This document shows positions 46,001 through 58,000 of a stretch of 64,000 nucleotides of DNA, in pieces; position 1 is the first letter of the stretch, and each line of letters starts with the position of its first letter. Both the position numbers and the translations under genes were made by a program. The notes beneath the pieces were generated by a model, which saw only the letters and a program-made list of their open reading frames with translations, made no database searches and had not been told where the DNA came from. Source of the DNA: Eledone cirrhosa (lineage: Eukaryota); NCBI GenBank assembly GCA_964016885.1, contig OZ024743.1, forward strand, positions 55,614,001-55,678,000, in the 5' to 3' direction.

Positions 46001-49000
46001 TGTTGTTGTTTGTGTTGATGATGCTTTAGCTGTGTATGTCCTGGTGTTGTTGCTGTTGTTGTTTGTGTTGATGATGCTTTAGCTGAGTATGTCCTGGTGT
46101 TGTTGCTGTTGTTGTTTGTGTTGATGATGCTTTAGCTGAGTATGTCCTGGTGTTGTTGCTGTTGTTGTTTGTGTTGATGATGCTTTTGCTGAGTATGTCC
46201 TGGTGTTTTTGCTGTTGTTGTTTGTGTTGATGATGCTTTAGCTGAGTATGTCCTGGTGTTGTTGCTGTTGTTGTTTGTGTTGATGATGCTTTAGCTGAGT
46301 ATGTCCTGGAGTTGTTGCTGTTGTTGTTTGTGTTGATGATGCTTTAGCTGAGTATGTCCTGGTGTTGTTGCTGTTGTTGTTTGTGTTGATGATGCTTTAG
46401 CTGAGTATGTGCTGGTTTTGTTGTTGATGTTGATTGTGTTGATGATGCTTTAGCTGAGTCTGTCCTGGTGTTGTTGCTGTTGTTGTTTGTGTTGATGATG
46501 CTTTAGCTGAGTATGTCCTGGTGTTGTTGCTGTTGTTGTTTGTGTTGATGATGCTTTAGCTGAGTATGTCCTGGAGTTGTTGCTGTTGTTGTTTGTGTTG
46601 ATGATGCTTTAGCTGAGTATGTCCTGGTGTTGTTGCTGTTGTTGTTTGTGTTGATGATGCTTTAGCTGAGTATGTGCTGGTTTTGTTGTTGATGTTGATT
46701 GTGTTGATGATGCTTTAGCTGAGTCTGTCCTGGTGTTGTTGCTGTTGTTGTTTGTGTTGATGATGCTTTAGCTGAGTATGTCCTGGTGTTGTTGTTGATG
46801 TTGTTGTTTGTGTTGATGATGCTTTAGCTGAGTATGTCCTGGTGTTGTTGCTGTTGTTGTTTGTGTTGATGATGCTTTAGCTGAGTATGTCCTGGTGTTG
46901 TTGTTGATGTTGTTGTTTGTGTTGATGATGCTTTAGCTGAGTATGTCCTGGTGTTGTTGCTGTTGTTGTTTGTGTTGATGATGCTTTAGCTGAATATGTC
47001 CTGGTGTTGTTGCTGTTGTTGATTGTGTTGATGATGCTTTAGCTGAGTATGTCCTGGTGTTGTTGCTGTTGTTGTTTGTGTTGATGATGCTTTAGCTGAG
47101 TATGTCCTGTTGTTGTTGTTGATGTTGTTGTTTGTGTTGATGATGCTTTAGCTGAGTATGTCCTTGTGTTGTTGCTGTTGTTGTTTGTGTTGATGATGCT
47201 TTAGCTGAGTATGTCCTGGAGTTGTTGCTGTTGTTGTTTGTGTTGATGATGCTTTAGCTGAGTATGTCCTGGTGTTGTTGCTGTTGTTGTTTGTGTTGAT
47301 GATGCTTTAGCTGAGTATGTCCTGGTGTTGTTGCTGTTGTTGTTTGTGTTGATGATGCTTTAGCTGAGTATGTGCTGGTTTTGTTGTTGATGTTGATTGT
47401 GTTGATGATGCTTTAGCTGAGTCTGTCCTGGTGTTGTTGCTGTTGTTGTTTGTGTTGAAGATGCTTTAGCTGAGTATGTCCTGGTGTTGTTGATGTTGTT
47501 GTTTGTGTTGATGATGCTTTAGCTGAGTATGTCCTGGTGTTGTTGCTGTTGTTGTTTGTGTTGATGATGCTTTAGCTGAGTATGTCCTGGTGTTGTTGCT
47601 GTTGTTGTTTGTGTTGATGATGCTTTAGCTGAGTATGTGCTGGTTTTGTTGTTGATGTTGATTGTGTTGATGATGCTTTAGCTGAGTGTGTCCTGGTGTT
47701 GTTGCTGTTGTTGTTTGTGTTGAAGATGCTTTAGCTGAGTATGTCCTGGTGTTGTTGATGTTGTTGTTTGTGTTGATGATGCTTTAGCTGAGTATGTCCT
47801 GGTGTTGTTGCTGTTGTTGTTTGTGTTGATGATGCTTTAGCTGAGTATGTCCTGTTGTTGTTGTTGATGTTGTTGTTTGTGTTGATGATGCTTTAGCTGA
47901 GTATGTCCTTGTGTTGTTGCTGTTGTTGTTTGTGTTGATGATGCTTTAGCTGAGTATGTCCTGGAGTTGTTGCTGTTGTTGTTTGTGTTGATGATGCTTT
48001 AGCTGAGTATGTCCTGGTGTTGTTGCTGTTGTTGTTTGTGTTGATGATGCTTTAGCTGAGTATGTCCTGGTGTTGTTGCTGTTGTTGTTTGTGTTGATGA
48101 TGCTTTAGCTGAGTATGTCCTGGTGTTGTTGATGTTGTTGATTGTGTTGATGATGCTTTAGCTGAGTATGTCCTGGTGTTGTTGCTGTTGTTGTTTGTGT
48201 TGATGATGCTTTAGCTGAGTATGTGGTGGTGTTGTTGTTGTTGTTTGTGTAGATGATGCTTTAGCTGAGTATGTCCTGGTGTTGTTGCTGTTGTTGTTTG
48301 TGTTGATGATGCTTTAGCTGAGTAAGTCCTGGTGTTGTTGTTGTTGTTGTTGTTTGTGTTGATGATGCTTTAGCTGAGTATGTCCTGGTTTTATTGCTGT
48401 TGTTGTTTGTGTTGATGATGCTTTAGCTGAGTATGTCCTGGTTTTGTTGCTGTTGTTGTTTGTGTTGATGATGCTTTAGCTGAGTATGTCCTGGTGTTGT
48501 TGTTGTTGTTGTTTGTGTTGAAGATGCTTTAGCTGAGTATGTCCTGGTGTTGTTGCTGTTGTTGATTGTGTTGATGATGCTTTAGCTGAGTATGTCCTGG
48601 TGTTGTTGCTGGTGTTGTTTGTGTTGATGATGCCTTAGCTGAGTAAGTCCTGGTGTTGTTGCTGTTGTTGTTTGTGTTGATGATGCTTTAGCTGAGTATG
48701 TCCTGGTGTTGTTGCTGTTGTTGTTTGTGTTGATGATGCTTTAGCTGAGTATGTCCTGGTGTTGTTGATGTTGTTGATTGTGTTGATGATGCTTTAGCTG
48801 AGTATGTCCTGGTCTTGTTGCTGTTGTTGATTGTGTTGATGATGCTTTAGCTGAGTATGTCCTGGTGTTGTTGCTGTTGTTGTTTGTGTTGATGATGCTT
48901 TAGCTGAGTATGTCCTGGTGTTGTTGCTGTTGTTGTTTGTGTTGATGATGCTTTAGCTGAGTATGTCCTGGTGTTGTTGATGTTGTTGATTGTGTTGATG

Positions 49001-52000
49001 ATGCTTTAGCTGAGTATGTCCTGGTGTTGTTGCTGTTGTTGTTTGTGTTGATGATGCTTTAGCTGAGTATGTCCTCGTGTTGTTGCTGTTGTTGTTTGTG
49101 TTGATGATACTTTAGCTGAGTATGTCCTGGTGTTGCTGTTGTTGTTTGTGTTGATGATGCTTTAGCTGAGTATGTCCTGGTGTTGTTGCTGTTGTTGTTT
49201 GTGTTGATGATGCTTTAGCTGAGTATGTCCTGGTTTTGTTGCATTTGTTGTTTGTGTTGATGATGCTTTAGTTAAGTATGTCCTGGTGTTGTTGCTGTTG
49301 TTGTTTGTGTTGATGATGCTTTAGCTGAGTATGTCCTGGTGTTGTTGCTGTTGTTGTTTGTGTTGATGATTCTTTAGCTGAGTATGTCCTGGTGTTGTTG
49401 CTGTTGTTGTTTGTGTTGATGATGCTTTAGCTGAGTATGTCCTGGGGTTGTTGCTGTTGTTGTTTGTGTTGATGATGCTTTAGCTGAGTATGTCCTGGTG
49501 TTGTTGCTGTTGTTGATTGTGTTGATGATGTTTTAGCTGAGTATGTCCTGGTGTTGTTGCTGTTGTTGATTGTGTTGATGATGCTTTAGCTGAGTATGTC
49601 CTGGTGTTGTTACTGTTGTTGTTTTTGTTGATGATGCTTTAGCTGAGTATGTCCTGGTGTTGTTGATGTTGTTGTTTGTGTTGATGATGCTTTAGCTGAG
49701 TATGTCCTGGTGTTGTTGATGTTGTTGTTTGTGTTGATGATGCTTTAGCTGAGTAAGTCCTGGTGTTGTTGTTGTTGTTGTTGTTTGTGTTGATGATGCT
49801 TTAGCTGAGTATGTCTTGTTGTTGTTGCTGTTGTTGTTTGTGTTAATGATGCTTTAGCTGAGTATGTCCTGGTGTTGTTGCTGTTGTTGTTTGTGTTGAT
49901 GATGCTTTAGCTGAGTATGTCCTGGTGTTGTTGCTGTTGTTGTTTGTGTTGATGATGCTTTAGCTAAGTATGTCCTGGTGTTGTTGTTGTTGTTGTTTGT
50001 GTTGATTATGCTTTAGCTGAGTATGTCCTGGTGTTGTTGCTGTTGTTGTTTGTGTTGATGATGCTTTAGCTGAGTATGTCCTGGTGTTGTTGCTGTTGTT
50101 GTTTGTGTTGATGATGCTTTAGCTGAGTATGTCCTGGAGTTGTTGCTGTTGTTGTTTGTGTTGATGATGCTTTAGCTGAGTATGTCCTGGTGTTGTTGCT
50201 GTTGTTGTTTGTGTTGATGATGCTTTAGCTGAGTATGTCCTGGTGTTGTTGCTGTTGTTGTTTGTGTTGATGATGCTTTAGCTGAGTATGTCCTGGTGTT
50301 GTTGCTGTTGTTGTTTGTGTTGATGATGCTTTAGCTGAGTATGTGCTGGTGTTGTTGTTGATGTTGATTGTGTTGATGATGCTTTAGCTGAGTCTGTCCT
50401 GGTGTTGTTGCTGTTGTTGTTTGTGTTGATGATGCTTTAGCTGAGTATGTCCTGGTGTTGTTGCTGTTGTTGTTTGTGTTGATGATGCTTTAGCTGAGTA
50501 TGTCCTGGTGTTGTTGTTGATGTTGTTGTTTGTGTTGATGATGCTTTAGCTGAGTATGTCCTGGTGTTGTTGCTGTTGTTGTTTGTGTTGATGATGCTTT
50601 AGCTGAGTATGTCCTGTTGTTGTTGTTGATGTTGTTGTTTGTGTTGATGATGCTTTAGCTGAGTATGTCCTGGTGTTGTTGCTGTTGTTGTTTGTGTTGA
50701 TGATGCTTTAGCTGAGTATGTCCTGGAGTTGTTGCTGTTGTTGTTTGTGTTGATGATGCTTTAGCTGAGTATGTCCTGGTGTTGTTGCTGTTGTTGTTTG
50801 TGTTGATGATGCTTTAGCTGAGTATGTCCTGGTGTTGTTGCTGTTGTTGTTTGTGTTGATGATGCTTTAGCTGAGTATGTCCTGGTGTTGTTGATGTTGT
50901 TGATTGTGTTGATGATGCTTTAGCTGAGTATGTCCTGGTGTTGTTGCTGTTGTTGTTTGTGTTGATGATGCTTTAGCTGAGTATATCCTGGTGTTGTTGC
51001 TGTTGTTGATTGTGTTGATGATGCTTTAGCTGAGTCTGTCCTGGTGTTGTTGCTGTTGTTGTTTGTGTTGATGCTTTAGCTGAGTATGTCCTGGTGTTGC
51101 TGCTGTTGTTGTTTGTGTTGATGATGCTTTAGCTGAGTATGTCCTGGTGTTGTTGTTGTTGTTGTTTGTGGTGATGATGCTTTAGCTGAGTATGTCCTGG
51201 TGTTGTTGCTGTTGTTGTTTGTGTTGATGATGCTTTAGCTGAGTATGTCCTGGTGTTGTTGCTGTTGTTGTTCGTGTTGATGATGCTTTAGCTGAGTATG
51301 TCCTGGTGTTGTTGCTGTTGTTGTTTGTGTTGATGATGCTTTAGCTGAGTATGTCCTGGTGTTGTTGATGTTGTTGATTGTGTTGATGATGCTTTAGCTG
51401 AGTATGTCCTGGTGTTGTTGCTGGTGTTGTTTGTGTTGATGATGCTTTAGTTGAGTATGTCCTGGTGTTGTTGCTGTTGTTGTTTGTGTTGATGATGCTT
51501 TAGCTGAGTAAGTCCTGGTGTTGTTGTTGTTGTTGTTTGTGTTGATGATGCTTTAGCTGAGTATGTCCTGGTGTTGTTGCTGTTGTTGATTGTGTTGATG
51601 ATGCTTTAGCTGAGTATGTCCTGGTGTTGTTGCTGTTGTTGTTTGTGTTGATGATGCTTTAGCTGAGTATGTCCTGGTGTTGTTGATGTTGTTGTTTGTG
51701 TTGATGATGCTTTAGCTGAGTAAGTCCTGGTGTTGTTGTTGTTGTTGTTTGTGCTGATTATGCTTTAGCTGAGTATGTCCTGGTGTTGTTGCTGGTGTTG
51801 TTTGTGTTGATGATGCTTTAGCTGAGTATGTCCTGGTGTTGTTGCTGTTGTTGTTTGTGTTGATGATGCTTTAGCTGAGTATGTCCTGGTGTTGTTGTTA
51901 CTGTTGTTGTTTTTGTTGATGATGCTATAGCTGAGTATGTCCTGGTGTTGTTGCTGTTGTTGTTTGTGTTGATGATGCTTTAGCTGAGTATGTCCTGGTG

Positions 52001-55000
52001 TTGTTGCTGTTGTTGTTTGTGTTGATGATGCTTTAGCTGTGTATGTCCTGGTGTTGTTGCTGTTGTTGTTTGTGTTGATGATGCTTTAGCTGAGTATGTC
52101 CTGGTGTTGTTGCTGTTGTTGTTTGTGTTGATGATGCTTTAGCTGAGTATGTCCTGGTGTTGTTGCTGTTGTTGTTTGTGTTGATGATGCTTTTGCTGAG
52201 TATGTCCTGGTGTTTTTGCTGTTGTTGTTTGTGTTGATGATGCTTTAGCTGAGTATGTCCTGGTGTTGTTGCTGTTGTTGTTTGTGTTGATGATGCTTTA
52301 GCTGAGTATGTCCTGGAGTTGTTGCTGTTGTTGTTTGTGTTGATGATGCTTTAGCTGAGTATGTCCTGGTGTTGTTGCTGTTGTTGTTTGTGTTGATGAT
52401 GCTTTAGCTGAGTATGTGCTGGTTTTGTTGTTGATGTTGATTGTGTTGATGATGCTTTAGCTGAGTCTGTCCTGGTGTTGTTGCTGTTGTTGTTTGTGTT
52501 GATGATGCTTTAGCTGAGTATGTCCTGGTGTTGTTGCTGTTGTTGTTTGTGTTGATGATGCTTTAGCTGAGTATGTCCTGGAGTTGTTGCTGTTGTTGTT
52601 TGTGTTGATGATGCTTTAGCTGAGTATGTCCTGGTGTTGTTGCTGTTGTTGTTTGTGTTGATGATGCTTTAGCTGAGTATGTGCTGGTTTTGTTGTTGAT
52701 GTTGATTGTGTTGATGATGCTTTAGCTGAGTCTGTCCTGGTGTTGTTGCTGTTGTTGTTTGTGTTGATGATGCTTTAGCTGAGTATGTCCTGGTGTTGTT
52801 GTTGATGTTGTTGTTTGTGTTGATGATGCTTTAGCTGAGTATGTCCTGGTGTTGTTGCTGTTGTTGTTTGTGTTGATGATGCTTTAGCTGAGTATGTCCT
52901 GGTGTTGTTGTTGATGTTGTTGTTTGTGTTGATGATGCTTTAGCTGAGTATGTCCTGGTGTTGTTGCTGTTGTTGTTTGTGTTGATGATGCTTTAGCTGA
53001 ATATGTCCTGGTGTTGTTGCTGTTGTTGATTGTGTTGATGATGCTTTAGCTGAGTATGTCCTGGTGTTGTTGCTGTTGTTGTTTGTGTTGATGATGCTTT
53101 AGCTGAGTATGTCCTGTTGTTGTTGTTGATGTTGTTGTTTGTGTTGATGATGCTTTAGCTGAGTATGTCCTTGTGTTGTTGCTGTTGTTGTTTGTGTTGA
53201 TGATGCTTTAGCTGAGTATGTCCTGGAGTTGTTGCTGTTGTTGTTTGTGTTGATGATGCTTTAGCTGAGTATGTCCTGGTGTTGTTGCTGTTGTTGTTTG
53301 TGTTGATGATGCTTTAGCTGAGTATGTCCTGGTGTTGTTGCTGTTGTTGTTTGTGTTGATGATGCTTTAGCTGAGTATGTGCTGGTTTTGTTGTTGATGT
53401 TGATTGTGTTGATGATGCTTTAGCTGAGTCTGTCCTGGTGTTGTTGCTGTTGTTGTTTGTGTTGAAGATGCTTTAGCTGAGTATGTCCTGGTGTTGTTGA
53501 TGTTGTTGTTTGTGTTGATGATGCTTTAGCTGAGTATGTCCTGGTGTTGTTGCTGTTGTTGTTTGTGTTGATGATGCTTTAGCTGAGTATGTCCTGGTGT
53601 TGTTGCTGTTGTTGTTTGTGTTGATGATGCTTTAGCTGAGTATGTGCTGGTTTTGTTGTTGATGTTGATTGTGTTGATGATGCTTTAGCTGAGTGTGTCC
53701 TGGTGTTGTTGCTGTTGTTGTTTGTGTTGAAGATGCTTTAGCTGAGTATGTCCTGGTGTTGTTGATGTTGTTGTTTGTGTTGATGATGCTTTAGCTGAGT
53801 ATGTCCTGGTGTTGTTGCTGTTGTTGTTTGTGTTGATGATGCTTTAGCTGAGTATGTCCTGTTGTTGTTGTTGATGTTGTTGTTTGTGTTGATGATGCTT
53901 TAGCTGAGTATGTCCTTGTGTTGTTGCTGTTGTTGTTTGTGTTGATGATGCTTTAGCTGAGTATGTCCTGGAGTTGTTGCTGTTGTTGTTTGTGTTGATG
54001 ATGCTTTAGCTGAGTATGTCCTGGTGTTGTTGCTGTTGTTGTTTGTGTTGATGATGCTTTAGCTGAGTATGTCCTGGTGTTGTTGCTGTTGTTGTTTGTG
54101 TTGATGATGCTTTAGCTGAGTATGTCCTGGTGTTGTTGATGTTGTTGATTGTGTTGATGATGCTTTAGCTGAGTATGTCCTGGTGTTGTTGCTGTTGTTG
54201 TTTGTGTTGATGATGCTTTAGCTGAGTATGTGGTGGTGTTGTTGTTGTTGTTTGTGTAGATGATGCTTTAGCTGAGTATGTCCTGGTGTTGTTGCTGTTG
54301 TTGTTTGTGTTGATGATGCTTTAGCTGAGTAAGTCCTGGTGTTGTTGTTGTTGTTGTTGTTTGTGTTGATGATGCTTTAGCTGAGTATGTCCTGGTTTTA
54401 TTGCTGTTGTTGTTTGTGTTGATGATGCTTTAGCTGAGTATGTCCTGGTTTTGTTGCTGTTGTTGTTTGTGTTGATGATGCTTTAGCTGAGTATGTCCTG
54501 GTGTTGTTGTTGTTGTTGTTTGTGTTGAAGATGCTTTAGCTGAGTATGTCCTGGTGTTGTTGCTGTTGTTGATTGTGTTGATGATGCTTTAGCTGAGTAT
54601 GTCCTGGTGTTGTTGCTGGTGTTGTTTGTGTTGATGATGCCTTAGCTGAGTAAGTCCTGGTGTTGTTGCTGTTGTTGTTTGTGTTGATGATGCTTTAGCT
54701 GAGTATGTCCTGGTGTTGTTGCTGTTGTTGTTTGTGTTGATGATGCTTTAGCTGAGTATGTCCTGGTGTTGTTGATGTTGTTGATTGTGTTGATGATGCT
54801 TTAGCTGAGTATGTCCTGGTCTTGTTGCTGTTGTTGATTGTGTTGATGATGCTTTAGCTGAGTATGTCCTGGTGTTGTTGCTGTTGTTGTTTGTGTTGAT
54901 GATGCTTTAGCTGAGTATGTCCTGGTGTTGTTGCTGTTGTTGTTTGTGTTGATGATGCTTTAGCTGAGTATGTCCTGGTGTTGTTGATGTTGTTGATTGT

Positions 55001-58000
55001 GTTGATGATGCTTTAGCTGAGTATGTCCTGGTGTTGTTGCTGTTGTTGTTTGTGTTGATGATGCTTTAGCTGAGTATGTCCTCGTGTTGTTGCTGTTGTT
55101 GTTTGTGTTGATGATACTTTAGCTGAGTATGTCCTGGTGTTGCTGTTGTTGTTTGTGTTGATGATGCTTTAGCTGAGTATGTCCTGGTGTTGTTGCTGTT
55201 GTTGTTTGTGTTGATGATGCTTTAGCTGAGTATGTCCTGGTTTTGTTGCATTTGTTGTTTGTGTTGATGATGCTTTAGTTAAGTATGTCCTGGTGTTGTT
55301 GCTGTTGTTGTTTGTGTTGATGATGCTTTAGCTGAGTATGTCCTGGTGTTGTTGCTGTTGTTGTTTGTGTTGATGATTCTTTAGCTGAGTATGTCCTGGT
55401 GTTGTTGCTGTTGTTGTTTGTGTTGATGATGCTTTAGCTGAGTATGTCCTGGGGTTGTTGCTGTTGTTGTTTGTGTTGATGATGCTTTAGCTGAGTATGT
55501 CCTGGTGTTGTTGCTGTTGTTGATTGTGTTGATGATGTTTTAGCTGAGTATGTCCTGGTGTTGTTGCTGTTGTTGATTGTGTTGATGATGCTTTAGCTGA
55601 GTATGTCCTGGTGTTGTTACTGTTGTTGTTTTTGTTGATGATGCTTTAGCTGAGTATGTCCTGGTGTTGTTGATGTTGTTGTTTGTGTTGATGATGCTTT
55701 AGCTGAGTATGTCCTGGTGTTGTTGATGTTGTTGTTTGTGTTGATGATGCTTTAGCTGAGTAAGTCCTGGTGTTGTTGTTGTTGTTGTTGTTTGTGTTGA
55801 TGATGCTTTAGCTGAGTATGTCTTGTTGTTGTTGCTGTTGTTGTTTGTGTTAATGATGCTTTAGCTGAGTATGTCCTGGTGTTGTTGCTGTTGTTGTTTG
55901 TGTTGATGATGCTTTAGCTGAGTATGTCCTGGTGTTGTTGCTGTTGTTGTTTGTGTTGATGATGCTTTAGCTAAGTATGTCCTGGTGTTGTTGTTGTTGT
56001 TGTTTGTGTTGATTATGCTTTAGCTGAGTATGTCCTGGTGTTGTTGCTGTTGTTGTTTGTGTTGATGATGCTTTAGCTGAGTATGTCCTGGTGTTGTTGC
56101 TGTTGTTGTTTGTGTTGATGATGCTTTAGCTGAGTATGTCCTGGAGTTGTTGCTGTTGTTGTTTGTGTTGATGATGCTTTAGCTGAGTATGTCCTGGTGT
56201 TGTTGCTGTTGTTGTTTGTGTTGATGATGCTTTAGCTGAGTATGTCCTGGTGTTGTTGCTGTTGTTGTTTGTGTTGATGATGCTTTAGCTGAGTATGTCC
56301 TGGTGTTGTTGCTGTTGTTGTTTGTGTTGATGATGCTTTAGCTGAGTATGTGCTGGTGTTGTTGTTGATGTTGATTGTGTTGATGATGCTTTAGCTGAGT
56401 CTGTCCTGGTGTTGTTGCTGTTGTTGTTTGTGTTGATGATGCTTTAGCTGAGTATGTCCTGGTGTTGTTGCTGTTGTTGTTTGTGTTGATGATGCTTTAG
56501 CTGAGTATGTCCTGGTGTTGTTGTTGATGTTGTTGTTTGTGTTGATGATGCTTTAGCTGAGTATGTCCTGGTGTTGTTGCTGTTGTTGTTTGTGTTGATG
56601 ATGCTTTAGCTGAGTATGTCCTGTTGTTGTTGTTGATGTTGTTGTTTGTGTTGATGATGCTTTAGCTGAGTATGTCCTGGTGTTGTTGCTGTTGTTGTTT
56701 GTGTTGATGATGCTTTAGCTGAGTATGTCCTGGAGTTGTTGCTGTTGTTGTTTGTGTTGATGATGCTTTAGCTGAGTATGTCCTGGTGTTGTTGCTGTTG
56801 TTGTTTGTGTTGATGATGCTTTAGCTGAGTATGTCCTGGTGTTGTTGCTGTTGTTGTTTGTGTTGATGATGCTTTAGCTGAGTATGTCCTGGTGTTGTTG
56901 ATGTTGTTGATTGTGTTGATGATGCTTTAGCTGAGTATGTCCTGGTGTTGTTGCTGTTGTTGTTTGTGTTGATGATGCTTTAGCTGAGTATGTGGTGGTG
57001 TTGTTGTTGTTGTTTGTGTAGATGATGCTTTAGCTGAGTAAGTCCTGGTGTTGTTGTTGTTGTTGTTGTTTGTGTTGATGATGCTTTAGCTGAGTATGTC
57101 CTGGTTTTGTTGCTGTTGTTGTTTGTGTTCATGATGCTTTAGCTGAGTATGTCCTGGTGTTGTTGCTGTTGTTGATTGTGTTGATGATGCTTTAGCTGTG
57201 TATGTCCTGGTGTTGTTACTGTTGTTGTTTGTGTTGATGATGCTTTAGCTGAGTATGTCCTGGTGTTGTTGTTGTTGTTGTTTGTGTTGAAGATGCTTTA
57301 GCTGAGTATGTCCTGGTGTTGTTGCTGTTGTTGATTGTGTTGATGATGCTTTAGCTGAGTATGTCCTGGTGTTGTTGCTGGTGTTGTTTGTGTTGATGAT
57401 GCCTTAGCTGAGTAAGTCCTGGTGTTGTTGCTGTTGTTGTTTGTGTTGATGATGCTTTAGCTGAGTATGTCCTGGTGTTGTTGCTGTTGTTGTTTGTGTT
57501 GATGATGCTTTAGCTGAGTATGTCCTGGTGTTGTTGATGTTGTTGATTGTGTTGATGATGCTTTAGCTGAGTATGTCCTGGTCTTGTTGCTGTTGTTGAT
57601 TGTGTTGATGATGCTTTAGCTGAGTATGTCCTGGTGTTGTTGCTGTTGTTGTTTGTGTTGATGATGCTTTAGCTGAGTATGTCCTGGTGTTGTTGCTGTT
57701 GTTGTTTGTGTTGATGATGCTTTAGCTGAGTATGTCCTGGTGTTGTTGATGTTGTTGATTGTGTTGATGATGCTTTAGCTGAGTATGTCCTGGTGTTGTT
57801 GATGTTGTTGTTTGTGTTGATGATGCTTTAGCTGAGTATGTCCTGGTGTTGTTGCTGTTGTTGTTTGTGTTGATGATGCTTTAGCTGAGTATGTCCTGGT
57901 GTTGTTGATGTTGTTGATTGTGTTGATGATGCTTTAGCTGAGTATGTCCTGGTGTTGTTGCTGTTGTTGTTTGTGTTGATGATGCTTTAGCTGAGTATGT

